DNA of 64,000 nucleotides from Psammoneis japonica (Eukaryota), in the NCBI GenBank assembly GCA_008632985.1, contig QPGO01000016.1, positions 344,840 to 408,839 on the forward strand. Reading direction: 5' to 3'. Position 1 is the stretch's first letter. Every line of letters begins with the position of its first letter. Shown piece by piece: positions 22,709 to 35,248 of this stretch. Below the pieces are notes generated by a model, which saw only the letters and a list, made by a program, of their open reading frames with translations, made no database searches and was not told the DNA's origin. The translations under genes and the position numbers were made by a program.

Positions 22709-23015
22709 AGATTTTATGAAGCTTCTTGGTCGAAGGATTTTGGAATTTTGGATCGCGGAGCGAGTTCGGCGTTGTCGGCGATCTTGAATCTGTCGGCGGA
22801 GGGAACAGCAAAGAACAATTTCGAACTCGCGTCGACTCTGTTGTCCACGCGACGGTCTGTGTCTGTTTGTCTACCATCTTGCATCTTGCGGTACTTACTA
22901 TCGATGAAAGGACGTCATGCTTCAGCGAGATCGAAAACGAAAATAAAAAATCAAAAAATCAAATCTCAATCTACACACTGACGATGCCGCAGTAGTTTGA
23001 TGGTGGCAAGAGACA

Positions 23016-23915
23016 ATGATTATGAAACATCGACACGTTCCTAACCCGCTGCTGATAGCAGTATGGTCACTAGTATTGATAGTGTCACTGTGTCTAGCGT
23101 CACAGCAGTCAAATCAGAATGCTCTGTACACTTCTGTATCCGCCCTGAATCAGTACGGAGAATCGGTGCAATTGCGTCACGCTCGTGCCTCTTCTCTTCG
23201 CTACGGCACTTGCGTGGTGGCTGCCAAGAGTCATTGTAACGATGTAATTGTCGTTTCTCTCTTTGTTCCTCGTCCCGGTGTACTTTCTGAGAAGAACGTG
23301 TTGGAACGAGTCGTCGCCGTTGTTTCCGACAATGATGATTCTTCGTTTCCCGTCTACATGGCGTGTACAGGAGTCAAGGCGGATGCCACGTGGCTGATTC
23401 AAACCATTCGCGAATACAATACAAGGACATGGGAACGCTACAATGTATCGCCATCGCAGTCACGTGTCGCCAATGCCTTGTCGGAGGCACTCTTGAATTT
23501 TATGGGCTATGATCGTTCGGAAGAATGGCACGATGGAGTCGGACCTATCATTGTAAATGGGGACAACGATAATGAAGACAATATTCCATGGTCGAGACCG
23601 CTGGGCTTGCAAACACTGGTCTTGTCACCGACAGCACAAAACGTTATTTTGGTAGAGCCGTCTGGGATTCAACATGCATATTTAGCCCAAGCCATTGGAC
23701 GGGAAAGCGACGCTGTCAACAGGGAGTTACAGAAACACTACAAGCCGAATCTGGATACTCAAGAGCTAAAGGAATTATTGGTGGACATAGTTCGAAAGGC
23801 AATGGAAGATTCTAATGAAAAGATCTCCGAAAAGGCTGAAATTGTCATTGAAATGGTATCGGAGCAGGGTGTTCAGCTCTCAACTGAGCCGTTTGCAATC
23901 AAGAAGACTCAGTAG
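23016..23915 (+). CDS. Divergent 20S proteasome alpha-subunit-like (Ntn-fold) protein with N-terminal signal peptide
   Basis: [14 protein letters not shown] resembles FSPxGxLxQVEYA. Other matches are [28 protein letters not shown] and AQAIGRES. A hydrophobic leader [17 protein letters not shown] precedes these. Confidence 0.65.
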   Translation: MIMKHRHVPNPLLIAVWSLVLIVSLCLASQQSNQNALYTSVSALNQYGESVQLRHARASSLRYGTCVVAAKSHCNDVIVVSLFVPRPGVLSEKNVLERVVAVVSDNDDSSFPVYMACTGVKADATWLIQTIREYNTRTWERYNVSPSQSRVANALSEALLNFMGYDRSEEWHDGVGPIIVNGDNDNEDNIPWSRPLGLQTLVLSPTAQNVILVEPSGIQHAYLAQAIGRESDAVNRELQKHYKPNLDTQELKELLVDIVRKAMEDSNEKISEKAEIVIEMVSEQGVQLSTEPFAIKKTQ

Positions 23916-23985
23916 TCAATAGGTACTCGGGAGTCTCCACCCACACAACTAGTTACAAACATTTTGCTAGAAATATGATTTTTGT

Positions 23986-25299
23986 CTACACGTCTGTCAA
24001 TGCAGCTACACCAGGAAGTTCCTTACCCTCGAGCAATTCGAGGCTTGCTCCTCCACCCGTACTAATGTGGGAAACCTTATCGCCGAGTCCAGCCTGATTC
24101 ACAGCCGCAACGGAATCACCTCCGCCCACAATGGTAGTAGCGCCCCGTTCTTCTGTAGCCTTGGCCAACATTTTTGCAACCTCAATAGTTCCCTCGGCAA
24201 AGTTTGGCATTTCAAAGACACCCATGGGTCCGTTAAAGACAATGGTGTTGCTCTTGCCAATCTCCTCGGCAAAGGTCTTGATGGTGTCGGGTCCAATGTC
24301 AAGACCCATCCAATCACCGCTAATGTCCGTCACCTTGGCTACGGCCGAATTGGCATCATTGTCAAACTTGTCGGCCAACACCACGTCGGTGGGCAAAATG
24401 AGTTTGACACCCTTTTCTTCCGCCTTTTTCCTCAAGTCATTGGCCAAGTCTACCATGTCTTCCTCGACAAGAGATTTGCCAATATTGTATCCCATGCCCT
24501 TGTAAAAGGTAAAAATCATTCCACCACCAATCAAAATGGTATCGCATTTGTCAAGGAGCGATTCGATCACTGGAATCTTTGTCGAAACCTTGGCTCCTCC
24601 GACAATGGCCATCATGGGGCGTTTGGGACTGTCCACAGCTCCCTTGAGGTACTTGAGTTCCTTTTCCATAAGGTACCCGGCAGCACTGAGTTTCATGTGT
24701 TCGGCAACACCCGCCGTGGAGGAATGGGCACGGTGAGCGGTACCAAAGGCATCCATGACAAAGTAGTCCGCCAGCTTGCCCAATCCAGCGCTGAGTTCAG
24801 GGTCATTCTTGGTTTCTCCAGCGTAGAATCGAGTGTTTTCCAAAAGCAACACATTGCTCTTGTCCAAAGATTTGGCAGCCTCTTCCACTTCAGGTCCCAT
24901 GCAATCATCCACTTTTGTAACACTCGTTTCCAACAATCGCTCCAAATGCGGCACAACCGGCGTCAGACGTCCGTTCTTTCCCTTTTCAATAATTTCACCC
25001 TTGGGTCGGCCAAAGTGAGAACAGAGAATGACATTGGCACCCTTGTCGAGCAAATACTTGGCGGTGGGGACAATGGCTCTTAATCGGGTATCGTCCGTCA
25101 CAGTCACATCGTCGTCCTTGGAGAGTGGCACGTTCAAATCGACACGCATCAACACGTTTTCGCCCTCGAGATTGACGCGATCGGCCAAGCCTTCGACATT
25201 GAGTTTTTCCAATGTCAATGGAGAAGCATGAAAGAATCGACTGCCCACGACGACCGGACGAGACGATGTAGCAACACGACGAGCAAAGGAGGATAACAT
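23986..25299 (-). CDS. PGK: Phosphoglycerate kinase, mitochondrion-targeted
   Basis: Motifs [43 protein letters not shown] and [15 protein letters not shown]. The start [14 protein letters not shown] is a typical mitochondrial presequence. Confidence 0.95.
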   Translation of the reverse strand: MLSSFARRVATSSRPVVVGSRFFHASPLTLEKLNVEGLADRVNLEGENVLMRVDLNVPLSKDDDVTVTDDTRLRAIVPTAKYLLDKGANVILCSHFGRPKGEIIEKGKNGRLTPVVPHLERLLETSVTKVDDCMGPEVEEAAKSLDKSNVLLLENTRFYAGETKNDPELSAGLGKLADYFVMDAFGTAHRAHSSTAGVAEHMKLSAAGYLMEKELKYLKGAVDSPKRPMMAIVGGAKVSTKIPVIESLLDKCDTILIGGGMIFTFYKGMGYNIGKSLVEEDMVDLANDLRKKAEEKGVKLILPTDVVLADKFDNDANSAVAKVTDISGDWMGLDIGPDTIKTFAEEIGKSNTIVFNGPMGVFEMPNFAEGTIEVAKMLAKATEERGATTIVGGGDSVAAVNQAGLGDKVSHISTGGGASLELLEGKELPGVAALTDV

Positions 25300-25671
25300 G
25301 GTTTTGCACGAAAAGTGATTTATAGAGACAATGACGAAAGTGATGTTGTTGCTCCAACAACAAAAGCGTTCGTCTGCAGCGAGAAAAAAACGTGAGCACA
25401 TGCGTGGTGACCAAAAATATGTTCATCGTTTCCGAAGAAAAACATGAGATAAATGACGTCAGTCTCGGTCAAAGGACGGACTCTAAGTTGTGACGAGAGA
25501 GTGACGTTGCACTAATGACGTCTCAACGTCCGGGTTTGTTTAGGAGCTACAGTAAACGAAGAGCCTTTTGATCCAATGCAGTCAAAAGTAAGCAGTATGT
25601 AATTTATTCCTTTAGATCGTGAAGTAGCCACGTATTCGTTTTAGTCAAAAGCAAAATGGCAATCAGTGAAT

Positions 25672-27312
25672 TCACTCTTTGTTTTGATCATGCAACTTTT
25701 TGAGCATAAAGATGTTTCCCAACGACTCTTGCACGGCAGCGTCCGGAGTAGAGGCACCCGACGTGACACCCATGTTCACCTCCTTGTCAAGATCCAAAAT
25801 GAATGGTTCGGTCACAATTTCTCCCTTCATGTTGCGGTGTGTAATTGTATTGTCGGCACCAATGCATTCGGCCCGGTTAATGTGAAAGGCTCGGACGCCG
25901 GCATTGACGGGAATCTCCAACAAGTGTGCCGTGTTGGACGAGTCCCATCCACCCACAACCAAAATAAAGTCCAGTCCCAACTTTTCCTTGTTCTCCACCA
26001 ACTCGTGGACAGCGTCTTGGCGTTCCTGTAAAAAATATAGAATGAGTCATGAGGGTAGAAAATCCGAAAGCTAAACCCAATAAACAATCCACAGTTATAA
26101 TATCTCGTACCTGAGTTGCGTCACAAATCGTATCAAACTCCATGTAATGATCTTTCGAGTCGACGGGACCAAACTTTTTCATCATGGCCTTTTGAAACAA
26201 CTGTCCAATCGCCCTGGTTTCCTTTTTGTACATTGTCGTTTGATTGGCCAATCCGACCTTGTCCAGCATGGTATCGGGATCAAATCCCTCCGACACGGCA
26301 TTCTTGAAATGCTCCAAAAATGCCTCCTTGTCACCACCATTGACAATGTAATCCACCACCATTTGGGCTTCGTCCAAATTCTTGACACAAATGTAATCCT
26401 CACAAAAGCTAGTCGTGGCCACGGTTTCCTCGTGTGCGTACTTGCCGTGAATGATACTGGTCAGGCCCTTTTTCTGGTGCGTATCGACCGTGTTCCAAAC
26501 CTTGGATACCCACGGGCATGTCGTGTCGACCACATCGACATTCTGAGAAAATCAAAAAAGAGAGAAGTAGAGAGCAGTGAGACAAAACATGATTTGCTCT
26601 CTTTTTCAATACATCACGATGCATACAACAGACACAGTAAAACCGCACCTTATCATTGAGCAGTTTCATTTCTTCGAAACTCGCTCCAAACGCGGGCAAA
26701 ATCACAACATCACCCTCGCCAACGGTATCAAATCGCTTTCCACCGCCCTCCATCTTTTCAATAAACTTGACCTCCATCTCATCCAACTTGTCATTGACTT
26801 CGGGATTGTGAATGAGTTCGTTGGTAATGTGAACCGTCCGGTCAGGAAAGTGCTCCACAGCCTCGTATGCCAAAGCAATGCTTCGTTCGACGCCCCAGCA
26901 AAAACCAAAGTCCTGTTTTGCGAAATATATATAAAGTCATGATGATAAGTGAGAGAGATTGCAGTGATACCGAGACTTGCTTTTCATACACTTACCTTTG
27001 CTAAATGCACAGTCACACCGTCACGTTCCAATACGTATTCGTTGCTTTTCAATTCATCCACCAATTCACTCTTGTATTCTTGATCCATGGTTTGTTCTAC
27101 CTTTTCACGTTCTTCCTTGAAACCCTTACGATAAAATTGTTTCGACTTCATGAATCGCAATCGTTCGGCCTTTTTCGTGGGAGACTCTTCAGTGGTTGAC
27201 ATTTTTTGGGTAACAACAAAGGTTCGTCGATGATTTGTGGTGGAAGGAACAAAGCCCTCACGACGGCTGTGGCGCCGAGTGCCGCTACGACGGCTAGTGA
27301 AGTAAACTTCAT
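25672..27312 (-). CDS. ispH: 4-hydroxy-3-methylbut-2-enyl diphosphate reductase (plastid MEP pathway); 3 introns
   Basis: Exons encode [66 protein letters not shown] and [10 protein letters not shown]. The leader [21 protein letters not shown] needs one frameshift. Confidence 0.92.
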
Positions 27313-27676
27313 GATCAATTAAATGAGTTGTGACAATATACAAAACAGACAGAGCCCGTCTCCATCAAAATCACTTCACTCAAAGCAACAAACTTCGGAA
27401 GGAGCAAAACGGCATGCACGGGTTGCCTGCCACCTGGAGTTGGGTGGTACGTAGGTTTGTACCAGGAATCACGTAGAAATCCCAAGATCCAGTCAGGAGG
27501 TTCCAACTTTTGCGTCATGCTTCAACTTGAGTGTTTCCGGGTTCTCATACTGCGCAACATTTCGCGCAAGTCTCTGATTCGGCCGACGTACAGACTGAAG
27601 CCAACGGAATCCACTCACTTTTTTTTTTTGCGGCGCTCACTTTTTTTTCTCCAGCAAAGAAAAACGACTTGCGACC

Positions 27677-29417
27677 ATGACGAGCTCAACAACAACTGCC
27701 TCTTACGGTAGTGGAACAAGAATACGGGTGGTATTGCTTGGGCTGGAAGTTTGGTTGGATCACAGAATCCCAACAATCTCGGATACCGTTATTCTCACAA
27801 GCGTTACAAACGAACTATTGATAATGACGACTCCGCAAAAAAGCTTCCATCCAACATTATTGTTCAATTTCACAATCGTGACGGTGAACAAGTGGCCAGT
27901 CAATTGGATGTACCCACCAATTCGTCTGTTGATGATTTGGGTGCTCTGTTGCATTCCTTGTTGGAAGAAACAAATAACGACAACAACAACAAGCGAATTC
28001 CCTATGCCTTTTATGCCAAGGTTCAACGAGACAATCATGACGACCAGATCGAAGTCACTACGACTCTATCCAAGCTCTTGTTGGATCATGACTTGTCGAC
28101 GGAAGAAATTTTGGACTTGACATATCAACCACTGGCGGTCTTTCGTGTACGGCCCGTGACGAGATGTACCGATACCATGCCGGGACATGCAGAGGCAATT
28201 TTGCATGTTTCGTACAGTCCTGATGGTGAGAGAATGAGTAATTATTGTTTTTGTGGACACGTGTATGCTTGTGCTCATCACTTTCTTTTTATAAATTTTG
28301 ATTCTCTCTCTACATAACAACAGGCCGCCACTTGGCCTCGGGTGGTGGTGATGCAACGGTACGTTTTTGGGATGTCAACACATGTCTTCCCAAACACACA
28401 TGTCATGGTCACAAGAACCACGTACTGTGTACGGCATGGTCTCCGGATGGTACTCGGTTTGCCAGTTGCGACAAAAATGGCGTTTTGTTACTGTGGGATC
28501 CAATCACGGGCAAGATGGTTGGAAATCGACCCATTCGAGCGCACAAACAGTACATTACCAGCATGGCGTGGGAACCACTTCACGCATCACCGACCGGCAC
28601 GTCGTGTGAACGGCTCGTCACATCCAGTAAGGATGGGACGGCCAAGATTTGGAACGCCAGGACACAATCGTGCATCATGACGTTGTCGGGTCATGCCGAC
28701 AGTGTCGAATGTGTCAAATGGGGTGGAGAGGGTTTGATCTACACGTGTAGTCGTGATCGTTTGATCAAGGTATGGACCGCCGAGGGCAAGACGGATTTGG
28801 GAAAGTTGGTACGAACACTCAAGGGACATGGTCACCGAATCAACACATTGGCCCTGTCCACGGATTATGTATGCCGGACGGGACCCTTTGATTACAAGTG
28901 TGAAAAATACGAATCGCCTGAAGAAGCGTACAAGGCTGCCGTGGAAAAGTACAAGAATTTCAAGAGTAGCAAAGAACAAGAAGTGTTGGTTTCCGGTAGT
29001 GATGATTTCACCTTGTACTTGTGGCATCCCAAAACAAGCAAACATCCCATTAAACGATTGACTGGACATCAACAAGCGGTCAATCACATTGCCTTTAGTC
29101 CCGACGGACGGTACTTTGCCAGTGCATCCTTTGATAAAAAGGTGAAAATCTGGAATGGCAAGAGTGGAGACTTTCTCGCGACACTGACAGGTCACGTCGG
29201 AGCGGTCTATCAAGTGGCGTGGAGTTCCGATTCACGATTTCTCGTGAGTGCCAGCAAGGACAGCACGGCCAAATTGTGGGAAATGCCCTCGGGCAAACGA
29301 GCCAGAGAAACGTTGCCGGGACATGCGGATGAAGTGTATGCGCTAGATTGGAGTCCCAATGGAAGCAGTGTTGCGACGGGGAGTAAGGATCGAACGATTA
29401 AAATATGGAAACATTGA
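27677..29417 (+). CDS. NLE1: Notchless/Rsa4 WD40 ribosome biogenesis protein (intron ~28227-28324; 5' frameshift)
   Basis: NLE ubiquitin-like domain ending YQPLAVFRVRPVTRC, followed by WD40 repeats (SGSDDFTLYLW, GHQQAVNHIAFSPDG, LPGHADEVYALDWSP). Confidence 0.92.
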
Positions 29418-29449
29418 GTTGGTTCTATTAGAGGTCTTCCGCATATTAG

Positions 29450-30461
29450 TTAATTATGGGACTTTTCTCTTGTTGCAAAAGTTTGTTTGACAATATCATC
29501 AAACCCTAGAAAGGAGAACCCAACTAGTTTCTCAAGCTTGCTGCTATCCATGGCAATATCCAATGGACTTGGAACTTTGGGTGGCGGGGTTTGGTCCTGC
29601 TTCTTCTTGGCAACCACGCATGTTTCGTCATGGCCAAAGAACTTTGCGACACCCATGGCCATGTCGTATCGTGACACGCGATCCTTTCCACCCATATTGT
29701 AAATGCCCGGTGAGGAAATTCCATTATCCACAAAGTACAAGAGTATCGAAACAACATCCGATACTGCAATGACGGATCGGCATTCGTCTGTAAAGAAATC
29801 CGTTGCTTGGTCGTGCCGAGACTTGCAAAAATGCAAAAAGGTTCCGTGAGCATTTCCAAAGGGAGCTTCTGGACCTGCAATAATGGAACTTCGAAGAGCT
29901 ACATAATTGTTTGGAAACATGTCTGCCAAAGCTTTTCCATGTCAACTTTTGTTTGCCCATACACATTGATGGGGTCCGCGTTATTATTGCTGCCGCTCTC
30001 GGGTCAGTGTAGGGAGCCTCCTTTCCATTGTACACTTGATCGGTAGAAATAGCAACGACTGAAGCTCCGGCATTGGACAGTGCTTGAAAGAAGGTTGTTG
30101 GACAGTTAATCGCTTGTGCCAAATTGGGGTCGTCTTGACATTTAGCTGGACTCGACATGGCGGCGAGATGCAAACACAAATCAATCGGCTGGTTATTATT
30201 CTGAGAAGCGACCCATTCGTTGACTTTTTCTTCGCTTGTCAAGTCCAATCGATCAAACGTGACAGTCACATGAGATAATGGCCGTCGACAAGCTGCAATC
30301 ACACTACTGGCAAACGTTTCTCCATTGCGGTAGAGAGCAACGATTTCGTAACAAATCTTATTGGCATCGGAACCTTCTTCTCGCGTAAGAAGCGCATGTA
30401 AAACGTGTTGACCGAGATATCCAGAGGCCCCTGTAATTACGATTCTTTTCATTGTGCTCAT
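29450..30461 (-). CDS. RmlD/MAT2B-like NAD(P)-binding extended SDR, one frameshift near 29960
   Basis: IVITGASGYLG, HLAAMSSP and STDQVYNG occur in ORF 29724-30482. LRSSII, FFTDECRS, GIYNMGG and SPLDIAMDSSKL occur in ORF 29450-29929. Confidence 0.8.
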
Positions 30462-30633
30462 TACAAGTTGTTCTGTCGACAAAGAAGCACTGTTAGATTT
30501 TGAGTGTGGTGATCTTTTTATACGGCGGCACCAAAGCCGGTGGTGTCATCGTAGTTTCCTGTTTGCCATACAGCAGAGAAAAGATGAGTGAGGGATACAG
30601 ATATAAAAATATTCGAGTCGGAGGATGCGTTAA

Positions 30634-31562
30634 CACGGGATCCGCGGATGCACCAGGGGAATCTGCGAAATGCGGGATGAAAGGGGAAAAGGGGCAAATG
30701 TGAATGGTGGAAAAGTGACATGCTATTATTTTACCTTGAGGGACCCTTTAGTCAGCCAAACACGCTTGTTACCGATTTGACCCTCGTAGGTCCGTCCTTT
30801 CGGGGGTCGTTAAATTGTGAGAGCAGACGCGGTCTCGAGAAATAATTTTATATATTTTATTAGACCATTAATATTATATAAATCTGAAAACGACACACAT
30901 GAAAAAAGTGAATTTTCAACTTTATATAACCTACATAGCCAAATATATTATATAACGATTAATCCTCAAGACGCGTCCCGTCACAACATTTTGACACCCC
31001 CCATTAAGGCGGGTCATCCCCCACTTTTTTTAGCTCGAATTTGGCCGAATAGCTCGTGATTTGCATGATTTTTCTTGAATTTCACCGTGCTTCACCGTGG
31101 TGAAAACATCAAGCCATAAGTCTGTGACGGAGGTGGGCCGTGCGTCAACTTTCATTTATTTTATGCTTGTTGTGTATCTAAGGTCACATATACATCAAAT
31201 GTTTGCGCACGGACAACTACGTTTTTTGGACTTATGTCGATATTACCGTCATCGTCGTGCTTCGATCACGGTGCCTGATGTTCTCGTTTTCGTGCGCGAT
31301 CGGGGGTGAATGTAAATAATTTTTGTATTCAAAAATAAACACTATAAATATCCTTATTCAAATGCCACGATAATTTCTAGGATAAACGCGGGGATGACCC
31401 GCCTTAAGACGGACCTATGATGGTCAGATGAGAAATGTGCGTGTTCGGCTCACTAAAGGGACCCTTTTAAGGCACAATGATAGCCCCTCACTTTCCCACC
31501 ATTCCCATTTGCCCCTTTCCCCTTTCATCCCGCAATTCCCAGGTGCACCCGTGGATCCCGTG
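30634..31562. mobile_element. Non-autonomous piggyBac-like foldback element with TTAA TSD
   Basis: TTAA|CACGGGATCC at 30630-30643 and GGATCCCGTG|TTAA at 31553-31566. Imperfect inverted repeats of about 160 bp span 30634-30797 and 31408-31562. Confidence 0.8.
31008..31403. mobile_element. Nested MITE with perfect 14-bp TIRs flanked by TTAA
   Basis: ttaa|GGCGGGTCATCCCC ... GGGGATGACCCGCC|ttaa. A second, mutated copy lies at ~48230-48631. Confidence 0.85.
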
Positions 31563-32039
31563 TTAAAACAAAGCGTGCCTTCAGGCAAAAAGGTTCAAAA
31601 CAGTCGACGCGCCGCAAAACTCGACACAGAATCATGGTGCAAGACTGTCAAAAAGCTGACAATTAAATATGTTGTTAGACTTCTTTCACGACACCTGGTG
31701 CTGTTTTGTTTCGATGGAACTGCCGGAAAACGAACTCGAATGAGCGAGCACTGCAAAGCAACGATGTTGCCTTCGCCACATCCCTGCGAGAAACACGGAT
31801 GCGATCCGCCGCAGTTGATTTTTTGTGCACAGGCAAATGATGGAAATGAGTTCCTCAATCTCAACCATGCACTCGGCTCTCGAGAAAACTTGGTGCATCC
31901 GAAGCGCAAGCGCACTGGAGACATCCCGGCACCGATGCTTGAGGATGATTCGGAAGGAGAACCGTGTGTCGTTAAAAGAGGAGTCAGCAGCCCAACCGAC
32001 AACAGTGTCACTGTCGACCCTGTTCTGACAAGGCAAACG

Positions 32040-35000
32040 TCACGACTTTACGGTGCTCATGCAAAGAGCTTTGTGAGTCACAGTAGAGAGTTTCTCGAGC
32101 CGAGTGCGGGCCATGAGCTTTCCGCCATGCGAAGCTGATCCCGGCTTCCCTGACAAGAACTCGGCATGCTTTGTTTCAAGCTGAGTGACTTTTGCAAAAG
32201 CACCCCACTCTAGAAACAAATCTCGGGAAAGCACCAGATAGTGTGATGCTAGTTCTGTGTCGTTCAGATCGATGCAGTAGATGCCGGCCCTTTCAGCGGC
32301 GATTGTCTGGTTGTTTAAGAGTCCCAGTCTTGCTGAAGCGGTCAAAGCGTCGTCATGTGCCTTCATGACGACTCTCGAGTCCATCTTGTTGGCGCACGAC
32401 AACTGTTCGGCCCGCAACAGCAGCAATTTGGGATGACAGTTCACATTTCCCTTCTTCACCCAATTCTCCATGACACTAATGACGCTCTGACCTTTTCTTT
32501 TGTGTTTTCGCTTGCCAGTCGATTTTGCAAGCGCAAAGGCTGTGAGTCCTTCGCACATTAATCGGAAAGCATTCCAAAGCAGCGGACCATCGTAACGGTA
32601 GGGGATTAGCTTGGAAGCATTGTCTTGGGCAGCTTCCAAATCGTCAAAGATGTATGCAACAATCATTCGACACAGACAAAGCATTTGTACTCGTTTATCA
32701 CTGCGCGAATCGTCATTCCATTCTGTATCACATGTCTTCTGATCCAAGAACTCGCCTCTAAAGGTGGCACCATCCGGCTCCTGCGCATCTTGTTGAGTCA
32801 GGTTTGCCACCATCTGGAAGAAACTTGCCCCTGTGTCATAAAACTGTGCGCACTTGTAGTCATTCAAATGCCCAGCGTACCTCCTGATATCATCCATCAA
32901 AGGTTTCAAGTTAAGACCGCAAAGAAAATATGACCAAAGATAAATGGGCGAGTACATAAAGTAGATTTCAAGCCATCCACCGTCCCAGAAATACTGAATA
33001 CTTCTGGCGAGAGGCTATAGGCTTTCATTGTATGGCCGCTGTAAGTGTGCAAGCATAGCGTAGTGCACATAAGTCCCAAGGACATCAAAGAAACCACCAA
33101 TACCACGTTCAGCCATCTTCACGCTTAGCATCCCATACCGGTAGGCTTCCGCAAAGGAACCAAAGTAACCCAGCACAATTCCCCAACAACCAAAGCGCGA
33201 GATACTCGATTTTGTCATGCCTTGCTTGATAGAGTCAGGAACACCACGAAGGAGAGCAAGCGGATAATATGCATCGTGACCTGAACCTGTCATTGACGTC
33301 ATTTCCGACAGTCTCAAGTAAAAGAAGATCCGGTCTTCAGCATTCTTGTCGTCGACTATGGGGATACTCAGAAGCTGCTCATCAGATAGTCCTCGGAGAG
33401 TTCGCCGACACCGGACAATGGCCCGAACAGCGTGGAGCGTTACAAACCTTCTTGGAAGTTTGTCTCCTAATTCTTCAAGTCCAAGAAGCACGATCAAGTG
33501 CTTCCTTCGCCTCATTTGTCTGCATAAGATAAATTATCTTGGTGTGATACGTAGTGCGCTTGTTTTCAAAGCTCGTTGCACGACTCAAGACTGTGTCAGC
33601 GAGAGCAACACTCTCCTCCAGACGACCACAACAGTAATGGCACCGGGTTTGTGCAATTGCAATCTTGAGCATTGAATCGTGATTCTCCACCCACGGGTCG
33701 TTCCCAAGCAGATTCACGGCCATTTGAAGAAAATCTATAGCGGGGAAAAATGAAGCTCTCTTCATTGCACGTAATGCGGCATTGTAATTTGTCTCAGAGA
33801 GTCCAAGCCTCTCGTGGGCATCTTCTATGAGTGACGAGCCACGATTTAGCTGGCCCGCCGTCTGGAAGAGGAGATTATCTCTTGAAACACCGACGCTTGT
33901 TTCCTCTAATGATATTCCCGTCAAAAGCGTCATCAGTTTCCTTCCAATTGCTAGGTGCAAGACTTGTCGACTCTTGTCATCAGGGAGTATCGACTAAGAA
34001 GCCTCGCGAATTCGATCATGGGCAAACTTAGTCACTGCAGGACGGATCTTTTCCAAGAACCCACGTGCGACCGCAGCGTCAAGAGTCTCGTTCAAGTCTT
34101 CTGCGCTCACAATTTCAATTTTGCTTGCATCTACCGTGTGAACAGGCAAGGGCGACAATACTGCCAAGAGGGTGGACGAGTCGAATCGGGAGAGCCCCAG
34201 GCAGGCAGCATTCACCAGCACAACCTGTTGATCATAAGGCAGTGTCTGGATCTTTCTCGAAACGAACTCAAGAACGTTGGTAGAAATATCCGTCTCTGAA
34301 ATGATTCGGTCCATGTGCCACCCAGCGATAGAAACTCGTTGAGTAGAAAACGAATTCTCGCTGTTCCAACAGCCTCAAAAACTGGACCGCGAAGAAAGCA
34401 TTGCCTCCAGTCTTTTGGTGTATGACACGAGCTAGTTCTCTGACTTCATCCTCGTCTCTTCGAAAGAGCTTTGAGACTATAAGAACCAAATCCTCTGACG
34501 ACAAATTACCAAGCTTGATGTGTATGTTTTCTTTTCTTGCTGAAATTATCCGGATGGGAGCGTTTTCTGGATAGGGTCGATGTGCGCCCACAAACAATAG
34601 CTTTCGATGCAACGTTGCTTGAGAATCCTCTAGCAGTGCTTCAATCAGAGAAACAGAGCCTGTTCCTGCCCACTGAATATCGTCAAGCACAAGGACAACC
34701 GTTCTTTCGGTACAAATTGCAGTCAAGAATGCTCGGAGCGCAAATCTCAACCTGTCAAACGCCCATCCCTGTTGGGAAGTACTACCAACGTCTTCTGCTT
34801 CGGCTGTCTCGGTGGCTTTATTATCGCTATTGCTCATCAGTAATTCCGATAAACGAGGTAATACGCTTTCGACAATATCAATATCAGTCTGTAGAGCGCT
34901 TTTTATCTTTCTTCTCCATGTTTCCTTGTCATCATTACTCTCCATTGCGAGACTTTCGACTACCATTTGCATGGCATCGAGAACCGCCGAATACGGTTCA

Positions 35001-35248
35001 GAAGCATCTCGTCCTTCATCAAACTTGCCGCTGCAAAAAAGAGTTGTTGTGGGCGGTAGTTGCATACGAAATTCATTTATCAAGGTGCTCTTGCCAGATC
35101 CCGACTCTCCTTGAACAAAGACACAAGCCGGCTGTTGAGACGTCGAGTCAAAAGCCTTGTTGAGAATGCCAATTTCTCGTTTTCGTCCGCAGAAAACGAG
35201 CCTTGAAAAATCAAGCTTCATAACATTATGAGAGTCGACTTGCACCAT
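32040..35248 (-). CDS. AAA (NACHT/AAA_16-like) ATPase plus helical/TPR-like protein, split by several frameshifts
   Basis: GRKREI, Walker A GESGSGKST, SGKFD, Walker B VLVLDDIQWA, KTGGNAFF, FAHDRIREA, QLNRG and WGAFAKV occur across five consecutive ORFs. Confidence 0.75.

Noticed and set aside
24067..25083. 338-aa ORF antisense to PGK, and similar shadow ORFs over other genes
   Set aside because: These are reverse-frame shadows of conserved coding sequence with no recognisable motifs.
31428..32138. 236-aa plus-strand ORF
   Set aside because: It starts inside the foldback element's TIR and overlaps the 3' end of the AAA gene on the opposite strand, with no recognisable domain.
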